This document shows, piece by piece, positions 1 to 12,277 of a DNA stretch of 64,000 nucleotides. The DNA comes from Takakia lepidozioides (lineage: Eukaryota > Plantae > Bryophyta): NCBI GenBank assembly GCA_030704615.1, contig CM060731.1:21266001-21330000 (forward strand). Reading direction: 5' to 3'. Position 1 is the stretch's first letter. Each line of letters opens with the position of its first letter. A program made the translations under genes and the position numbers. The notes beneath the pieces were generated by a model. It saw nothing but the letters and a program-made list of their open reading frames with translations. It had not been told where the DNA came from and did no database searches.

Positions 1-856
1 AGGGGCCGCATTCCTGAGACAAGGTTCATTAACACTTTGACTGTGGATTTTTGAGATAGTTGGCTCCCTGGATTTGGATCAGGCTTCGTCGCTCGGACAA
101 ATCGGCACCGCATTCCTTCCCATCGCTGCATCCCCCTTCTACCAGGGAGCTTGCCCGCACGCCATCCTGGGAGTCTTTTGTGCACATCTCCCATGGCGGA
201 AAACCCGAGCGCTACAGTGTACTGCCCTCCTCATGAGCATAGAGCTTCATTTCCGTGCAGAGGGGACATATGCCGGGTGATGGAGAAATATCTGTGCGTT
301 CGATACCACCTGAAACCGGGGTCGGTTTTTTTGGAGGAGGAAAGGAAGGACTCAAACGGCGTTGTTGTCGAGAGTATTGTTGTGTTCCACGATGATTTCG
401 GCGATGGCAGCGAATGGCGAGTTCCACCATCGGACAGCGTCATATACAGGGCTGTTGGGGACTTCATTTGCCCGCCAAATGCACCTTCTATCCTGGCGCC
501 TTCCACAAAACAATCCGCGAATCAGAGAGTGGCTACCTCAAAGAGAAAAGTCCGCAACGAAGTAAATCCAGATCCGAACCCATCCATGAAGACGAGGTCA
601 CAGGAACGAGACCGATTGGACAGGCACAGCTCATCAACCATTTTGAGCTCAGGAGAAGGTTCCGAACTCCACATTTAAGTGTGCGCATTGCAAAGAACCA
701 CCACACTGCATGTCTGTTTGTAATGCCAAGCAGTTCTATGTGTTGCACCGTTTCCCTGACCTCACCCGAGCTTGCATACACGTTGGTTCCCATTGTCATA
801 AATTGGCGAGGGGGAACTCGCGGGAGGCTGCCCACGAGGCAGAGTAGTTCGTTCAG

Positions 857-2531
857 GAGGAGGTTAAGTTGAGACCGGGTGCCAAACCCAAACAGATACA
901 GCTCCAAGCCGCCCATAAGATGGCATTGGTCAGAATTATGTCGGAAGACGGCTCCGATAGAGTTCCTCTCGATGAGAAGGAAATGGAGGCATTGCTGGAG
1001 TCGGTGTCCCACGTATGTTCACCGAATGTCCGAAACCACATTGTCTCATGCAAACAGAAAATAGGGCGTGGCTCGGATATGCACTCCATTCTGGAGGTGA
1101 AGCGACGATGTGGATATGACTACATTCATGGAAGTAGGTTTCCAGGACAAGAGACTGAGGCAGATCGTTGTTTCGTATTCAAAATGTCCACGTGTGGACC
1201 TGGCAGCGGCGTCGAACTGGTCGACAGGATGACGAGTGGGGACTTATCAAACAGTTGGGTCATGTTCGACCATATCAAGCGAATTACAAATCACCAGTGG
1301 GTGACAATGGGTGCACATGTCTACGACACCACTGCAGGATGCTAATGACAATTGCTATTTGTGAGATGAAAGGAGAGGACACACAATCGGAGATGCTTCT
1401 TTGGCAGGGAATAAACGAACAGATGGCCAAGGTGGGATTGCCCCCTCCCAATTTCCGTGGTTTCATGGCGGACAATGCACAAGCAAATTGGGCTGCCATC
1501 CAAAGGGTGTACGGGCAAGACCCCAATGTTCCCATGGAAGGCAAGGAGAGATCTTGTGGGTTCCATTTTCTGGAGAGCCTTTCGCAGTACACAACCAGGC
1601 TCGTGGCGCCAGATTTCAGAGAGGAGCACCGTTCCATGTGTCTTTCGTGGAAGCGCGCTCCCACCTTGGATGATGCAAAGACACAGTTTGTATGTATACG
1701 GGCTTGGTGGACATCGTCAGGTGCTGTAAGGAAATCAGACGAGGGAGCAATGGTCAGTTGGCTAGCATGGTGGCATTATCGTTTCCTCCAGTTCGGCGAC
1801 TATATGCGGGAGGTGAGTTGCACGAATTCGCGTCCCGTTGAATATTATTCTTGGCATTATTTGTAACTTGCTTGTAACCTCAACATGTGCTTGTGCAGGA
1901 AATGTGTCTCGACTCCGACACCGACATGCCCACGACAAATATGGCCGAATCAGTGCATTCTTCCTGGCGTGCCTCCTCTGCGGCGCATCTGGTAGACATC
2001 CTCATTGTCACAACGGAGGACATTGTGAGGTCAATTATGCAGCAATGTAGGTATAACGAGTTCTTGAAAGGGGAACAGTGGGGCTTGGGGCCGGACAGGC
2101 AGAAAATGCTGATGCGGACTGCCTCCAGATCAAAGAATCCTCGGAAGTGGGCGGCGGCCTTGCAAGAAGGCCTTCGGGACACGCCATTGCTTCGAAGAGG
2201 CCAACATTTGGAAGGAGATGTTCATACCCGTCCAGTGAGACGAAGACTTGACGAGGCACCTGGCGGGGAAGAGGATTCATGGCGAGCTGACAAGAATATT
2301 CGCACGCTCCCTCGTGGTCCCGTGATGTTGCCCGAGGAGGTCTCGTCGAGCACCGCAAGTCCTGCACGTTCAAGATCGCCATCTCTTTTGAGCACATGGC
2401 ACGTGCCCGAGGAACATAACGAGCCATCTGTAGTAACGCAGTACAACATACCCATTGTGGAGACAAGAGTGTCGGAGTCACAGTGGAGAATTGCAAGGAC
2501 ATTGCCGGCATTTCGAGGGAAGTGCTGCTAA
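857..2531 (+). mobile_element. Mutator (MULE)-like DDE transposase, disrupted (frameshift at ~1330-1345, intron 1813-1898)
   Basis: ORFs 869-1345, 1168-1866 and 1887-2531 join into one protein with MULE motifs WVMFDH (D1), GFMADNAQANW (D2), ERSCGFH (CxxH) and TTNMAESVH (E). The GTGAGT...TGCAG intron 1813-1898 joins DYMRE|EMCL in phase 0. ORF 151-678 may be an upstream exon, but its phase was not resolved. Confidence 0.8.
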
Positions 2532-2580
2532 GGAACTTCTTGCACTATATTCAGACGATTCTAGATTATATACCCAAGAA

Positions 2581-3393
2581 CTACAGAATGCTCCTTCTTA
2601 TCTCTCTGAGTGTATTAGACGAATAGTCTGGAGGTGTATATTTTGGGGATCCGGTGATACTATCAGGAGACGCAGGGGAGTATCCTGGAGATCCGGAGAC
2701 GTCCAGTAATTCCAGGACTCCCCCCCTCGTTGCAGTGTCCAGGAGGAATTTTGGAGGGTAATATCTTTCAGATCCTGTTGTGGATTCAAAAGATGCTGGC
2801 GAGTAACCCGGAGATGCTGGATATCCAAAAACGGTCACTCATATCGCTGCCAATGTGTCCGGGGAATAGTCTGAAGGGGTGTATTTCGGATAATCTTGGG
2901 AATAGGCAGGAGATCCGTTGACATCATTGTTTACATGAACGCTTTCTCTTATTTCCTCCAGGGAATCCTTACAAATGTCTTCAGGTGTATTGTTCGGAGA
3001 TTCGGATGCGTTCCGCGGGGATTCTACAGTCACATTTTTGTCATTGACAGACACTTTGTTCAGCTCAGTAGACCCCCAACTGGATTTTTCATTTGGTTTC
3101 GAAACACCATGTTTTTGATCTGGATGGTCCGCTTCCATCACGTCTACCGAACACCGTCTCTTGCTCCAATTTAATCTGGCGGTCTTGTACTCATCGTCAG
3201 ACACCGGTTCCCCAACCTCATTCCTCTTTCTCATTTTGACATAAAAACTAATCAGAGTGTGTAACTGGTTGACCCAAAGAAATATCGAACCTCCACTGGG
3301 TAGTGGAGGTTTCCAATTATCGTATCCCAGTCTCGTTGGAAAGTATGTGTCACACTTACGATGTTCACATATGATTTTATCACTCGTTCCCAC
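2581..3393 (-). pseudogene. TE-associated ORF with Pol II CTD-like YSPxSP repeats, one in-frame stop at 2839-2841
   Basis: ORFs 2839-3393 and 2581-2838 are the same frame separated by a single TGA. They contain three ~40-aa repeats with SPGYSPASP, SPKYTP and YSPD motifs. Confidence 0.5.
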
Positions 3394-5785
3394 ATTGTCT
3401 CAAACTGATTTTCAATTTTCCCGGAATTATCCGATTTCGTCCTTACTTTGAAAAAATGCCATTCAGCTTCCCCATACAGAATTCACGCGAACCTCCACTG
3501 GGCAGTGGAGGTTCCAGTTTTTGGTTCCTCATGTGCATGACATGGGTCTACGAATAGTCTACTCTGGCCTGCACGAAGCCTACTATTAGCCTATGTCTAC
3601 AGTAGAATACAAGTACACTAGGCTATCGTGGTTTTTCAGAATTGCCGAATTCGACAAAATTGGATAAGAAATGAAAATTTCCATTCAGAATCGAATTTGA
3701 ATGGGAAGAAACGCATCAACTATTGATTGACAAGAACAAACTAACGCTGGATTTGGGGATCAAGAAAATGGTTGAGAAATAAACATCCGGGCATTTTCCG
3801 AAACCACTGTCCTAAAAAAACCACCACAATGAACAAAACAAGCAATACAACCAGCACGGTAATCTCCCGCCACCCTAAACCATTACCCTAATCGACCAGA
3901 ACAAGCACACACAAACCCAATTGCACACAAAACCACCACACAAAACCACCCTACAAACCATCGGTGAATTGAAAAACAACAGTGAAGCAATGACACAGGA
4001 ATGCACTTAAGCACAAAATGGAGCAGGAGTGAAATGAATTGACAGAGAATGAAACATGATTGAAGCAAACAACGAAGCAAACAATGAAACAGAAACCTAA
4101 TATGCACTGAAGCACGGACTGAAGCACTGAAGACAGTGCAAGGCAGCATAGAATGAAGCAGGATCCAAACGAATTGAATCTAGAATATGCCACATGAATC
4201 GAGAGCGGGCCAACACAAAACTGAGAACAGACCAACACATGAATTCAGAACAGGCCAACACAAAACATGAAACAGAAGAGGAAAAGAGGGAGTTTCCAAT
4301 GGACTATGACTTAGGGCTACAAAGAGGTAGGTTCTAGTGGTAAAACTTCACTTTCGAGGCATCCCCCACTAAACATGTCCCCGCCTAAGGAGGCCAAGGC
4401 GCATGCAGATCTGTTGAAGAACCAACTCGGACTAAGGTTCTTCCAAACAATCGACCCATTGAGGATCATCACTTTGCGAGGTACTGGTCTGAAGCAAGTA
4501 CCATGTTGAAGGAATTAATTGCCTTCCAAGTTGTACATGGGTACATTTATACCAAGACCAAGGAGGTAGCAAGTATTGTCATGGGCTGTGGGTTATACTA
4601 TGCTGCTTGTTTTCTGGCACGTTATCACATTGAGCAGCAGAAGATGCAATCGTGATTTCTGAGTTATTCCAGTGGGGATCATTGGGTCTTACCTTCAGTG
4701 CCACCTCATATGTACCTATATGATGCAAAGGTTATGATGCAGAAGGATTCTCAACTTCGTTCATGGTTTCATTCGGCTTGGAACAATTTGACAACACAGA
4801 AATTTGGCCCTGACGAGACTCTGATACTATTGTTTCTTCAGCGGACTCTTTTGACATGGCAGAGGACTACGCAATTCAGATGGCAAAGAAAAAACAACGG
4901 GGATCTCCTATGCCTGAGAGGTTACCACGATATCAGCCAAAGGAGGGACTGACATTTCCAGGTAGTGCTCAATCATCTCCGTCAACCAGTGACAGGACTT
5001 GGGCTCGCACACGGAGTCCTTCACGAGACTCTCACCGTCAGAAGGGTGCTCGCTCACAAAGGTTTGCTAATGAGGACACGGTTTTTTGAGAGGGGGAAGG
5101 GTAAAAACAAATGACACGTCCCTCACAACTGGAGTCCCAAACGCCTCCTTCAATGTGTCAGCATCCATGTGTCGATAAGGCAGAGGACAGGAGTCGAATG
5201 CGTCATCACAAAAGATCAGGGTAACTGAAATGGTGGACGAACACAAGTGGTGTCCGTGGCAAGTTCCATCCCTAGAAACATTCAGGCAATCTCCTGAGGC
5301 AACAACTGAAGGAGATCCAGGAAGCGACAGAAACACCCTTTGGCCTACTTGGAACCCATGAAGTTAGTAACCTCCACTGGGCAGTGGAGGTTTAGTAAAA
5401 TCCTATTGCAGGACTGAAGATTAACTGAAAGAAAGAACGTCGTGCCACCGAAAGGAGAAACTTTAAGTATAACTTTTTCAACGGTTTAGAATGAGAAAAA
5501 CAATATGGATTGAAAAAGTAAAGTCAATGTTTGGATCTACACTGGGACTGATGAGACACAATTGGAATTAAATTGGAGTATGAGGGTGAAGTATAGACTA
5601 CATCTATCTGAACTGTCAGATGAAGTCACAAATGCCAACCTCCACTGGATAGTGGAGGTTGGATGATATCTGTTGATGAAATCAACCACATGGATGAACA
5701 ATGGATAATGAAGAAGCCCTCTGTAGATGAAAAATTGATTCTATGGATGGATGAATATTAATGTGGCGACTGCCCAGTGGAGGTT
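3288..5785. repeat. Dispersed 24-bp palindrome AACCTCCACT-GGNN-AGTGGAGGTT (5 copies)
   Basis: Copies at 3288-3311, 3490-3513, 5369-5392 and 5637-5660, plus a partial reversed copy at 5769-5785. Arms are perfect 10-12 bp; the 4-nt loop varies. Confidence 0.9.
4410..5089 (+). pseudogene. Degenerate second ORF of the TE block, unknown function
   Basis: The frame EEPTRTK...RYWSEASTMLKELIAFQ...QKMQS* continues in frame into ORF 4698-4952, then shifts to 4856-5089. No recognisable domain. Confidence 0.35.
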
Positions 5786-6670
5786 TGGGAGTAACTTTAG
5801 ACAAACAAAAGGAAGTTTAGCTGGCACACATGGAGAGTACACAAAAAAATAAGTATCATACTATCCTACATGAGAAATGTGCAGTTGACACTTGAGACTA
5901 AGGAAGCAGGGAGAGACTTAGAGGCTGCTTCAGAAGTACCCTATGGGCAGAGTGGTGCAGGACAGGCAAAGAGGTACACATTGTCCAGAGAGGTGCGTGA
6001 GAGAAAAGAAGTAAGTGAGAGGTTCAAAGTGGGAAGTTGGTATTGTGTGGAATCGGACGGTATATAGAGGTGACATGTAACTTTCATCTTTGAATCGCTC
6101 CAATGGCAGTGTGGTATGCTTTCTCTCCCGGATCGATTGTGGCCACCGTGGATTAAGGCGGAATCGAACGGCTTATTTCATTCGCGAAATCACGGCTTCA
6201 TTGAAAGTGTGCAGAATTTTCCATTTATTGACAGCAGCCATTGTCACATTAATTATGGAACAAACGATAACGGCCGCGATCAGACTGAATTCTATCGTAC
6301 TTGTACGTTAGTAGGACTACAAGTCTGGCATCATAATCGTGCAGCTCTGACAGCAGACTATGGAATAAGCGTGAAGGATGTCGATTCTGACAAGTGGCGT
6401 AGAGAAATGAAGTCAGGCGGCTAATCGCCACCACTTATTATGGACTGCACATTAACAATCGATCATTATAATTAGCTGGGAGGAATCCGGAGGTGAACCA
6501 TAAAGCACTTTGAGATTGTTCTCTATATATTTATCGTGCTGTTACAGTGAATAAAACACTTGGGCAGGGCGGGGCATTTCATGCCGGCGCATTGCATTGG
6601 ACATCATTTTGGTGCATTACAGGTGTGCGGAATGCTCTGCCGTGCATTGCTTGCTTGCACATGTTTAATG

Positions 6671-6775
6671 TAGGGATGGACCCCTCGTGTCGGGTATCCC
6701 TTGATAAATGGGCAGTCCCTATGGTGGCTCTGGACCTTAAATCGAGGAATGCCTGACACGAGGGGCCATCTACTA
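6671..6775. repeat. Imperfect ~35-bp inverted repeat (hairpin, ~35-nt loop)
   Basis: tagggatggacccctcgtgtcgggtatcccttgat vs reverse complement of 6741-6775, tagtagatggcccctcgtgtcaggcattcctcgat. Confidence 0.8.
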
Positions 6776-8294
6776 TCCTTAAAGCCATATGTCACATGGC
6801 ACTTGTGGGTGTTGTCAGGGAATATTGACGCCAGGCGGCTAACAGCCGAAAGTAATTGTGGACGGCTCATAATGAGACAATGATTATACAGTGTGACGAA
6901 TCCATAGGTACAACGTTGTGTCCTATGGTAGATTGAGTTCGAAACGACTGCCTAGGCGTGTCACGTGGGTGGTCACATGTGTGTTTGGGGCGTGGGTTAA
7001 GGTTTGTTGGCATCGAATCTATTTTAAGATTTTTGTAAGCGTGAGGGTTGCAGAGTCTGACCAATGGCGTCATTACAATCATTTCGTCCTTTTTTCATTC
7101 GTCTATCCAGTCGTCTGTCCAAACGTGTGTGCATTCGTGGAACAAAAGTTGAACTAATTTCATCTGTGTGGATGGACAGTATTAATGTTAGATTGCGTGG
7201 ATGGGGCAGAACATCCATTTGGGCCACGCGACCGTTCGATTTCGGACGGAGGCGATGGTTCAGATCATCCTTGAAGGTCGCTTATAAGGGGCGCTCTTTG
7301 ACCCCGGCCTTTGGGCTTCCCATTTTCTACGCGTAATCGTTGCGCGAGTGAGAGCTTAACAGTTGAGAGAGGAGAGCATGAAAGAGAAGAGTTTTGGAGC
7401 TCGTTTTGCAGCGACTGGACACTGGAGCGTGGAGAGAAAGAGAGCAGACTTGGCCGAGTGCAGAGAGAGGAGAGGGTGAAAGGTGAGAGAGTGAAATAGG
7501 CGAAATTTGAAGAGCGGGGAGGAGAGACCAGACAGTGGCGAGTGGAGATTGACGAGTGTAGAGGCGAGAGCACAGTGCAATTACCGGCAGGCGGAGGTGC
7601 GTAATAGAGTATCAAACGAAGGACTGTGGTTGCAGGGGCACCAAAATGGCCGGCACAAGCAGGTAGGCAGGTAAGCTGAGTTTAATGAGATGGTGACCCA
7701 AAAATAACTCCATTACCTCTGTTTGTGAATGAAGTGTTGGGCATTCCCTCAATTGCTTGTAACAGAAGTCAGCCATTTTCAAAGCTATTCTCCTCTTGTC
7801 TCGTTCTCCAAACCCCACCCTGGCATCTTCCACAGAACCTTGCCCAGACGTTGTAGTAGCCGCATTAATCTCTGCCTCTTTTTGGGCTTGAAGTCTCTCC
7901 CTATACATTCTTTTCTGGTCAGCGTGGGTTTATTTGCGTGCATCCTCGGTGGGCCTGGCTGCAGCCAACAAAGCCAGTTTTGCCCTTTTTTGAGGGCCTG
8001 GTCTTACCTCTCCATTTACCCTATACTTGTTCTTCTTGTTCCCCATTGAAAACTGATACAACTGTTAGCACAATATAGAGATCGGAAACCAGACAACAGT
8101 TTGCTTAAGTGTACTCTCTCTCCCAATGGTTGTCCCAGTCCAATTCAGTTGTATGAAAACATGGCCTGCAAAACAACCCAAAGCAAATGTGAGAAGAATA
8201 TCAACACTCTCGGTTCTGTTGCACCAATTTACACCAAGTAGGAAAATCTGCAATGAATATGACAACAAATGGGAGAGCCCCCACCTTTACTTGT

Positions 8295-8570
8295 TATGTA
8301 ATCAGCCACAAACCCAATGCTTCCACGATTTACTTCACCATTCCTATTATTCTCTCGCCCTTGTCGTCCGGACTGTGGACAAAATCAGAATGTCGACTTC
8401 ACGTCCTTGAAACCCATCCACAGTATTGAACTCAATGTCACATGCTGCACCAGAACCTAGTGCACGAGTAAAGCGATTTTGAAGCAGTAATAGCTGGTGC
8501 TTGTACAGTGTAATTATTATCCCAAAGCGCCCTAGCCTCACCTCAGCTGAATACCTGGTAAAATTCCACC
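8295..8570 (-). pseudogene. Captured fragment of a senataxin/SEN1-like (UPF1-family SF1) helicase
   Basis: FGIIITLYKHQL...IEFNTVDGFQGREVDILILSTVR and, after a frameshift, GSIGFVAD. It breaks off before the expected RxNVALTRA, and no other exons lie nearby. Confidence 0.8.
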
Positions 8571-8965
8571 AAACGCAGCAGCAGCAAAGAACGCATATCA
8601 TCAGCAGGAAAATCGCATATCATCACAATACAACATCATTTTGAACCCCCAAGGATGCACCTTGAGAGGGACCCTGTATATAATCAAGTCTCCTGCTATA
8701 GGGCAGTCAATGCAATATGCCGGTAGGGGTTCCCACTCAAAAACAGGATGAGCACGATAAGGCATGAGATTGCTATGGTGGCGGGAGCCCTGGATAGAGA
8801 ACCTATCCAAACTAACGCATAGTACATCCTCTTACTCATGCTCAACTTGAGGGAAGATTTTGCACATCAAGTCACTTATTGACACCATGTTTTTTGCCCC
8901 CTGATCTGTTTTAGATCTGGGGCTGGTGAGGTAATGCGCAGGCTATAAGTAGCTGCGATTGAAGT

Positions 8966-9009
8966 GTACGCGACCTACAAGCAGCTTGCGTACCCAAGAC
9001 TTGAGCTAG
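8966..9009 (+). mobile_element. Helitron-like 3' terminus
   Basis: Hairpin GTACGCGA...TTGCGTAC (8966-8993), 12-nt spacer, then CTAG (9006-9009) followed by T, directly downstream of a mosaic of gene fragments. Confidence 0.4.
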
Positions 9010-10740
9010 TAGATGGGGCTGATATGGTTCAGATTGTGACCCTCACAAACGCAAACACAATACCACTTACAGCTAGTTATCACTATACAAAGATTGCAAC
9101 CTCCAAAACTCACACATGTATCACATAAATACTACACAGGGCACTTTCTTGGAACTTAGGTGAGCAACATAGACAAATGAATGTGCGTGCGTAGTGAGTA
9201 CGACAAGAGCAAAACCAAACACCCGAATGCTGGAGGAAATGGCGAGGTTGCACGAAGATACGTCAATGGCGAGGTTGCACGCCAATACTGCCCGTGTCGC
9301 ACCCCGTATCGCACCCCGTATCCAACGTGTTCTAGGCTGTTGTGCGCTCTAGTGCATTACATAACAACTGAAAGCATATCATGCATGGCTATCTCTGCAC
9401 ACTCAAAAATATGAGAAAGAAGATCGATAGCACGAATAGAACGTTAGGCCATTAGGGCAAAGGTGTATGGGCCACACTTGCAAACGCGCAGACATTTTGA
9501 AAATCTACGTTGACAGACCACCCGGCGACGGGTGACCCGCCGTCTCGCACACTCCATGCGCGAGACTGTTGTCTTGAAGCTTTTCATGCAGAATCCATGG
9601 CGGACGCAGCCGCTCAGTCCATATCTCACGGTAGGCAGCTCGAACGACTTAGTTTTTTTCACCAAAATGGCATACGTAGCAACCTTTAGTGTCTCCTGCA
9701 ACCCCTTTGCCCTTATGTGAATGTTACATTATTTTCTAGATTTTCCAAAATATACACCAATGTAACTCTCTTCATGAAAAATCATCAAGCAGTTCATTCC
9801 TTCATAAAAACCTCCATATCATTGTAAAGTGCCTTAGGGAGTCTTGAAAGCTACACTTCTTATGAAAGGACCATAGCATGAAAATGAATGGAAGAAGGTC
9901 TAATGAATTAGGATGTTCCAAGATAAAATGATAGATTTTGAAAATTTCTCACATATCTCATAAACTAATTCTTAGGGCTACATTGTGGTTTCCACGTATA
10001 ACGGTGACCTTCCTACTGGACATTAAAATCCCTATGTGAATTGAAGTTTTCCACCACTCCAATTGATTCCATATAGTCCACAACCTTACTTTGGACATCA
10101 TACATACTTTTACGTTTGGACTTCATTCAATGCTCAAATCTCCATGGATTCCAAAAAGAAAACCACCGTTGTTTTCAGCACAGAATAAGGATCAATGATT
10201 CATGTCTAAACTTTCAAAATGCACTTATATCCAACATCCATGTCAGTCCTTCTATGTGGCACTGCATTCGCAGAGAGCTTGGGACGTCCATTTTGGGTGG
10301 ACCGTAGCATGCTTTGACCCGACAGGCTGAATTCACATTCCCTTGACACCTTGTATGGTCACATGTCTCGGGGTGAATACAAATGATATGGAATCTATTT
10401 CATCTTGCTCAAGTTGGACTGCTTGGTGGCATATTGAGATTCTGACAAACTGCAGGTTGGTCCTTATGCCTTGGCTGATGCATGACCTGCCATAATTAAT
10501 GGCTGAAAAGGTAGGTTGCTGCAACCCGTGGGTCATGTCCAAGACGTATGTGTGAAAACGTGTCTTGAAATTGTAATAGGGCAGGCTGGACCATGGTACC
10601 TTGCCCCGTGCATAACCTCGACAATTCTGTGCTCCTTCAATACTTTGACCTGCTGGTAAGATATGTGTACAGGCTGAACCAAGAGGCCTTGCAGCCTGCA
10701 CTGGGAATATAATATCTTATCTTGTCCCACACAAGAACAA

Positions 10741-11863
10741 ACCCCGCCCTCCCACCCTGTTTTGTCTTAGATGATTGGGTGGTGTCTTTTGGGATGATTT
10801 GACAAGACTGAAAGTGTGAGATAATGCCCTATCTAGGGCTGTTTATGTCTTTAATTGACAATGACCCTTATGGGTCACGTCCATGTCTTGACATGACGTG
10901 AATATCTTCCCTCTCTTCCTTTTCCAGTGTACTTCGTGGTGTTTGTACACACTATCTACCATCTTCTTTTCTTGTTTCTGATTCACCATGGTATCATACT
11001 GACATGGTTTTTTGGCTAACCTGGCAGAAAGCCAGCAAGACTAGGCTGTGCTTGAATGGAAGGATGAGCTTAAAGCACTCGGATATCAGCTGCCCCTACC
11101 GCCTCCAATTCCAGCAGTGCAAGCTACACTTGCACAGATTAAACCAGGTGATCCTTGCAAAAGCTGGAATTTGAAGCTTTCGAAGACGCCGGTGATAACC
11201 GGCCTGTCTTCTTACTTGAGACCTTAGCTTTGGATGATTGGGTTGCTCTTGGCATTTCAACGAACAAGAATGGGAAGTGGTTGGAAAAAATCCAAAAGTA
11301 CCATTCTAAGTTGATGGAGATTCTGGATGATGATACTACTGAGGTTAGTGCTTGGGAAAAGAAGGGTTCCTCCATTGAAGAGGCCCTTAGGAGGGCTAAC
11401 AATGAAGATGCCCTACCTGTACCTACACAGAGATCTTCGACCACCGTTGAAAAGGATTTTGTACCCTCGGTGAGTAATCACCCAATTCTGGGCTGTATGG
11501 ATGTACCTGATGAAGAAAAAGAAGTTGTAAAAGATTTTTTTGACCATGTTGTGCTCTCCCAAGTGGAACAAGACCGGGTTGCCAGGGCTACGCCATGCAA
11601 CCAGCAATTTGTTCCTTGGTTACCCCCTAGGGCGGTCAAGCTTGAGGTGGCCAACAATGACCACATGATGTGGCATCCCACGGCTAACATCAATCTGCTG
11701 GCCCCTATCTCGATTGACATGTGGGTCAAATGGGGGAACATTTCACCAACTGAAAGGGCCAGATGTGCACAAGATGCCAAAGACAGCTTCCAGAGGTTAA
11801 AAAAAGAGCCAATTGCCTTGGCATGGCATCTACGGACCTTTCATTACAAGCTTTGTGACCAAG
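10741..11863 (+). pseudogene. Copy 1 of a spliced gene fragment of unknown family (probably TE-borne)
   Basis: Acceptor ggcag|AAAG at ~11027; coding LGYQLPLPPPIPAVQATLAQ...LLETLALDDWVALG...WHPTANINLLAPISIDMWVKWGNI...; donor CAAG|GTGAG at ~11864; one stop and a small deletion. Confidence 0.65.
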
Positions 11864-12155
11864 GTGAGAACTTGACCTTACGGACCAAGAACGACCTGCC
11901 TACTGGCTCAACCAGATCTAAGAATCACAAAAGTCAGCTGTTCAATTGGCATAGGCCTCACATTCGTTGTAATTGTGGGTCTGGAAATGCTTCATCTGGT
12001 TGCGTTGGTAGTGTTTCTTGGTTTGATCACTTGGTATGGTATATGTTGAATAACTTGACGGTTTTCGTCCCCCCTCTCTTGTTTATCTCCCTCTCTCTTT
12101 TTAACTTCTTCTACCCCCTCTCTCCCTCTGTGGGTTTTGTTTTTGTGAGTAGCAC

Positions 12156-12159
<4 letters not shown>

Positions 12160-12214
<55 letters not shown>

Positions 12215-12271
12215 AGAACAAACAAACGAAAAAAAAAAAAGGTGGGAGGGGAGTGACTGAGCAGCAGCTGC
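12160..12271 (+). repeat. (GA)n + A-rich + PPT-like AAAAGGTGGGAGGGGAG|TGACTGAGCAGCAGCTGC module, copy 1
   Basis: Near-identical to 14897-15033. A purine tract followed by TG resembles a PPT/3'-LTR junction. Confidence 0.7.
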
Positions 12272-12277
12272 AGCAGC

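Noticed and set aside
3288-5785. Palindromes as a CRISPR array
   Set aside because: Irregular spacing (about 110-1860 bp), eukaryotic context, no cas genes.
6090-6424. Short ORFs 6090-6311 and 6116-6424 as genes
   Set aside because: No recognisable domain, splice structure or second copy.
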